DNA of 51,392 nucleotides from Candidatus Pacearchaeota archaeon CG1_02_32_21 (GTDB lineage Archaea; Nanobdellota; Nanobdellia; Pacearchaeales; GW2011-AR1): NCBI GenBank assembly GCA_001872185.1, contig MNVX01000036.1, positions 1 to 51,392 of the forward strand, read 5' to 3'. Shown piece by piece: positions 50,826 to 51,392 of this stretch (position 1 is its first letter; each line of letters starts with the position of its first letter). The notes under the pieces were generated by a model. It saw only the letters and a program-made list of their open reading frames with translations, ran no database searches and was not told where the DNA came from. The position numbers and the translations under genes were made by a program.

Positions 50826-51189
50826 AGTTTTATTCTATGATACCTATGCACTTTATGCTATTGTAAAAGGAGAAGAAAGCTATAGAAATTATATTAGTAA
50901 TTATAAAATCTTAACTAACCTAATGAATGTTTACGAATTATATTATATATTAATCAAAGAAAATGAAAATAAACTCGCAGAAGAATTTTTTGATAAACTT
51001 ATTAATTTTTGTGTTAAAATAGAGCCTAATATTGTTAAAGAAGCAGCAGCTTTTCGACTTGAAAACATAAAGAAGAAATTTTCTTATCTTGATTGTTTAG
51101 GATATGTAACAGCGAGGTCTTTAAAAGTAAAATTTCTCACAGGAGATGAAGGATTTAGGGATATTTCTGGAGTTGAGTTTGTGAAGTAG
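50800..51189 (+). CDS. vapC: PIN-domain toxin (VapC-like)
   Basis: LFYDTYAL (first acidic residue), NVYELYY, and LDCLGYVTARSLKVKFLTGDEGF, laid out as in PIN domains. ATG 50800. Confidence 0.7.
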   Translation: MNQEKVGNKVLFYDTYALYAIVKGEESYRNYISNYKILTNLMNVYELYYILIKENENKLAEEFFDKLINFCVKIEPNIVKEAAAFRLENIKKKFSYLDCLGYVTARSLKVKFLTGDEGFRDISGVEFVK

Positions 51190-51197
51190 GCATTGCG

Positions 51198-51392
51198 TCA
51201 GAATAAATCATAGTAACTTAATTTTCTTAAGTTATGAATAATTATTCTTGCAGTAAGCTGGGTTAATCTTGAAATAGAATTATTCTTTAATAATATTTTA
51301 TTCTTCCTCTTAAAACTCGAATGAAAACTTTCACAATGGCTTCTTTGATGATACTCTCTAAGCCATTCTTGAGTTTCAAGGAACAGCTCAAA
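51198..51392 (-). mobile_element. C-terminal fragment of a DDE transposase (IS4/IS5-like), truncated by the window edge
   Basis: Open to the window end: FELFLETQEWLREYHQRSHCESFHSSFKRKNKILLKNNSISRLTQLTARIIIHNLRKL. The Y-x2-R-x3-E-x6-K spacing is typical of the DDE third-motif region. Confidence 0.45.

Overview
Low-GC (roughly 30% by eye, not computed) archaeal chromosome segment. The compact, informational-gene-rich content looks like a small-genome DPANN-type archaeon; that assignment is inference only. Core genes that can be recognised: radA, RPA-like ssDNA-binding protein, EndoQ-like PHP nuclease, TFB, SRP54, FtsY, RecJ/GAN-like DHH nuclease, GINS-like subunit, aIF2-alpha plus a Nop10-like zinc ribbon, aEF-1beta, ribosomal proteins S15, S3Ae, L44e, S8e and S17e, Sm-like protein, Alba, RNase Z, tRNA-splicing endonuclease EndA, GlyRS, NDK, Bud32, and a HIT hydrolase. 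There are 8 tRNA genes (Gln, Thr, Val, Leu, Arg, Cys, Ala, Met/Ile2). tRNA-Val carries a 64-nt canonical intron with a readable bulge-helix-bulge motif. Accessory content, in order of interest: (1) a tRNA-Val/tRNA-Leu-bounded three-gene module at 29.15-37.06 kb, made of a small RHH-like ORF, a 646-aa anchored protein and a 1947-aa secreted giant protein ending in a lytic-transglycosylase-like domain; (2) eight tightly packed pilin-like genes with class III signal peptides (18-4866) and a prepilin peptidase at 6383-7252; (3) a recurring upstream module of TATA-like box plus dyad (AAACC-N3-6-GGTKK), including an exact 41-nt repeat at two unrelated loci and 28-29 codon upstream ORFs that end on the main start codon; (4) a family of paralogous multi-pass membrane proteins (9.05-12.2 kb); (5) a free-standing LAGLIDADG endonuclease overlapping tRNA-Leu, hicAB and vapBC pairs, a transposase fragment at the window edge, and three homopolymer-associated frameshifts. 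No rRNA and no CRISPR array were seen. All functional calls rest on motif recognition by eye; no database search was run.
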